Shown: positions 34,377 to 34,623 of the stretch, piece after piece
How the letters are laid out: each line of letters starts with the position of its first letter
How positions within the stretch are numbered: the first letter of the stretch is position 1
From: Christensenellaceae bacterium
GTDB lineage: Bacteria; Bacillota; Clostridia; Christensenellales; Borkfalkiaceae
Direction of reading: 5' to 3'
Length of the DNA stretch: 34,623 nucleotides
Assembly: GCA_045653965.1 (NCBI GenBank)
Contig: JAZOMM010000065.1
Span: 1 to 34,623 of the forward strand
Translations under genes and position numbers: made by a program
Notes under the pieces: model-generated
Seen by the model: the letters and a program-made list of their open reading frames with translations, nothing else
Told to the model about the DNA's origin: nothing
Database searches by the model: none

Positions 34377-34623
34377 ATGAAAAGGAAACTCTTATCAATT
34401 TTTACAATAATTTTAGTAATTTGTATTATTTCAATGTGTTTTATTGCTTGCAGTTGCGATAATGAAACATCTAATACAACGGATGGTAATAAAAATCAAA
34501 TTTTGCCATATGAAATTGATAAAACTGGCTGTTTACAAAGGTTTTATGCAACTGACAACAATAGCGTTAATATAATTATTCCTGCTACTTACAGTATTGA
34601 TGAAAACGGCAAATTCATTTCAG
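34377..34623 (+). CDS. putative lipoprotein, N-terminal part (3' end outside window)
   Basis: It is not in the ORF track because no stop is reached. A TTGATT-17-TATAAT promoter lies at 34314-34342 and an AAAGGAGAA RBS precedes ATG 34377. The signal peptide has a lipobox (MCFIAC), and the frame stays open to the window end. Confidence 0.6.
   Translation, partial: MKRKLLSIFTIILVICIISMCFIACSCDNETSNTTDGNKNQILPYEIDKTGCLQRFYATDNNSVNIIIPATYSIDENGKFIS

Noticed and set aside
1-34623. I scanned for CRISPR arrays, rRNA genes, transposases, integrases, and prophage structural or toxin-antitoxin pairs.
   Set aside because: There are no regularly spaced direct repeats and no rRNA-like stretches. No ORF has DDE transposase, tyrosine or serine recombinase, or phage hallmark motifs.

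Overview
Low-GC Bacillota (Clostridia-like) chromosomal segment; cwlD and sigH suggest a spore-former lineage. Most of it is tightly packed housekeeping operons: thrC (partial), trpS, an rlmD/RumA-type methyltransferase, mrnC-rlmB-sigH, dnaX-ybaB-recR-gpsA, murG, ppx, an MreB-like gene, minDE, tyrS, yigZ, recX, nnr, nrdR, dCMP deaminase and tRNA-Ser(UGA). Two accessory insertions sit on either side of cwlD. (1) 5087-6914 is a visibly GC-richer HaeIII/NgoPII-type (predicted GGCC) type II restriction-modification pair. (2) 8071-12166 is a 4.2 kb, translationally coupled three-gene cassette bounded by a duplicated 58-nt terminator+promoter module (52/58 identical). It encodes a degenerate TIR-like protein and a full-length paralog that keeps a TIR catalytic-Glu motif. 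The third gene encodes a multi-pass membrane protein with a Rossmann GxGxxG domain and a C-terminal RyR-repeat-like motif. I consider this cassette the best candidate for an undescribed Thoeris-like, NAD-derived-signal defence system. All domain calls are by-eye motif recognition and need HMM or structure confirmation. Other points of interest: decayed tRNA-Ser 3'-half copies downstream of the tRNA (integration scars), a WYL regulator with operator-like half-sites over its own consensus promoter, an MreB paralog with degenerate nucleotide-binding motifs, a stand-alone 29-codon hydrophobic ORF or small RNA unit, split TSUP transporter genes, and a 1042-aa surface protein. I saw no CRISPR array, rRNA, transposase or integrase.
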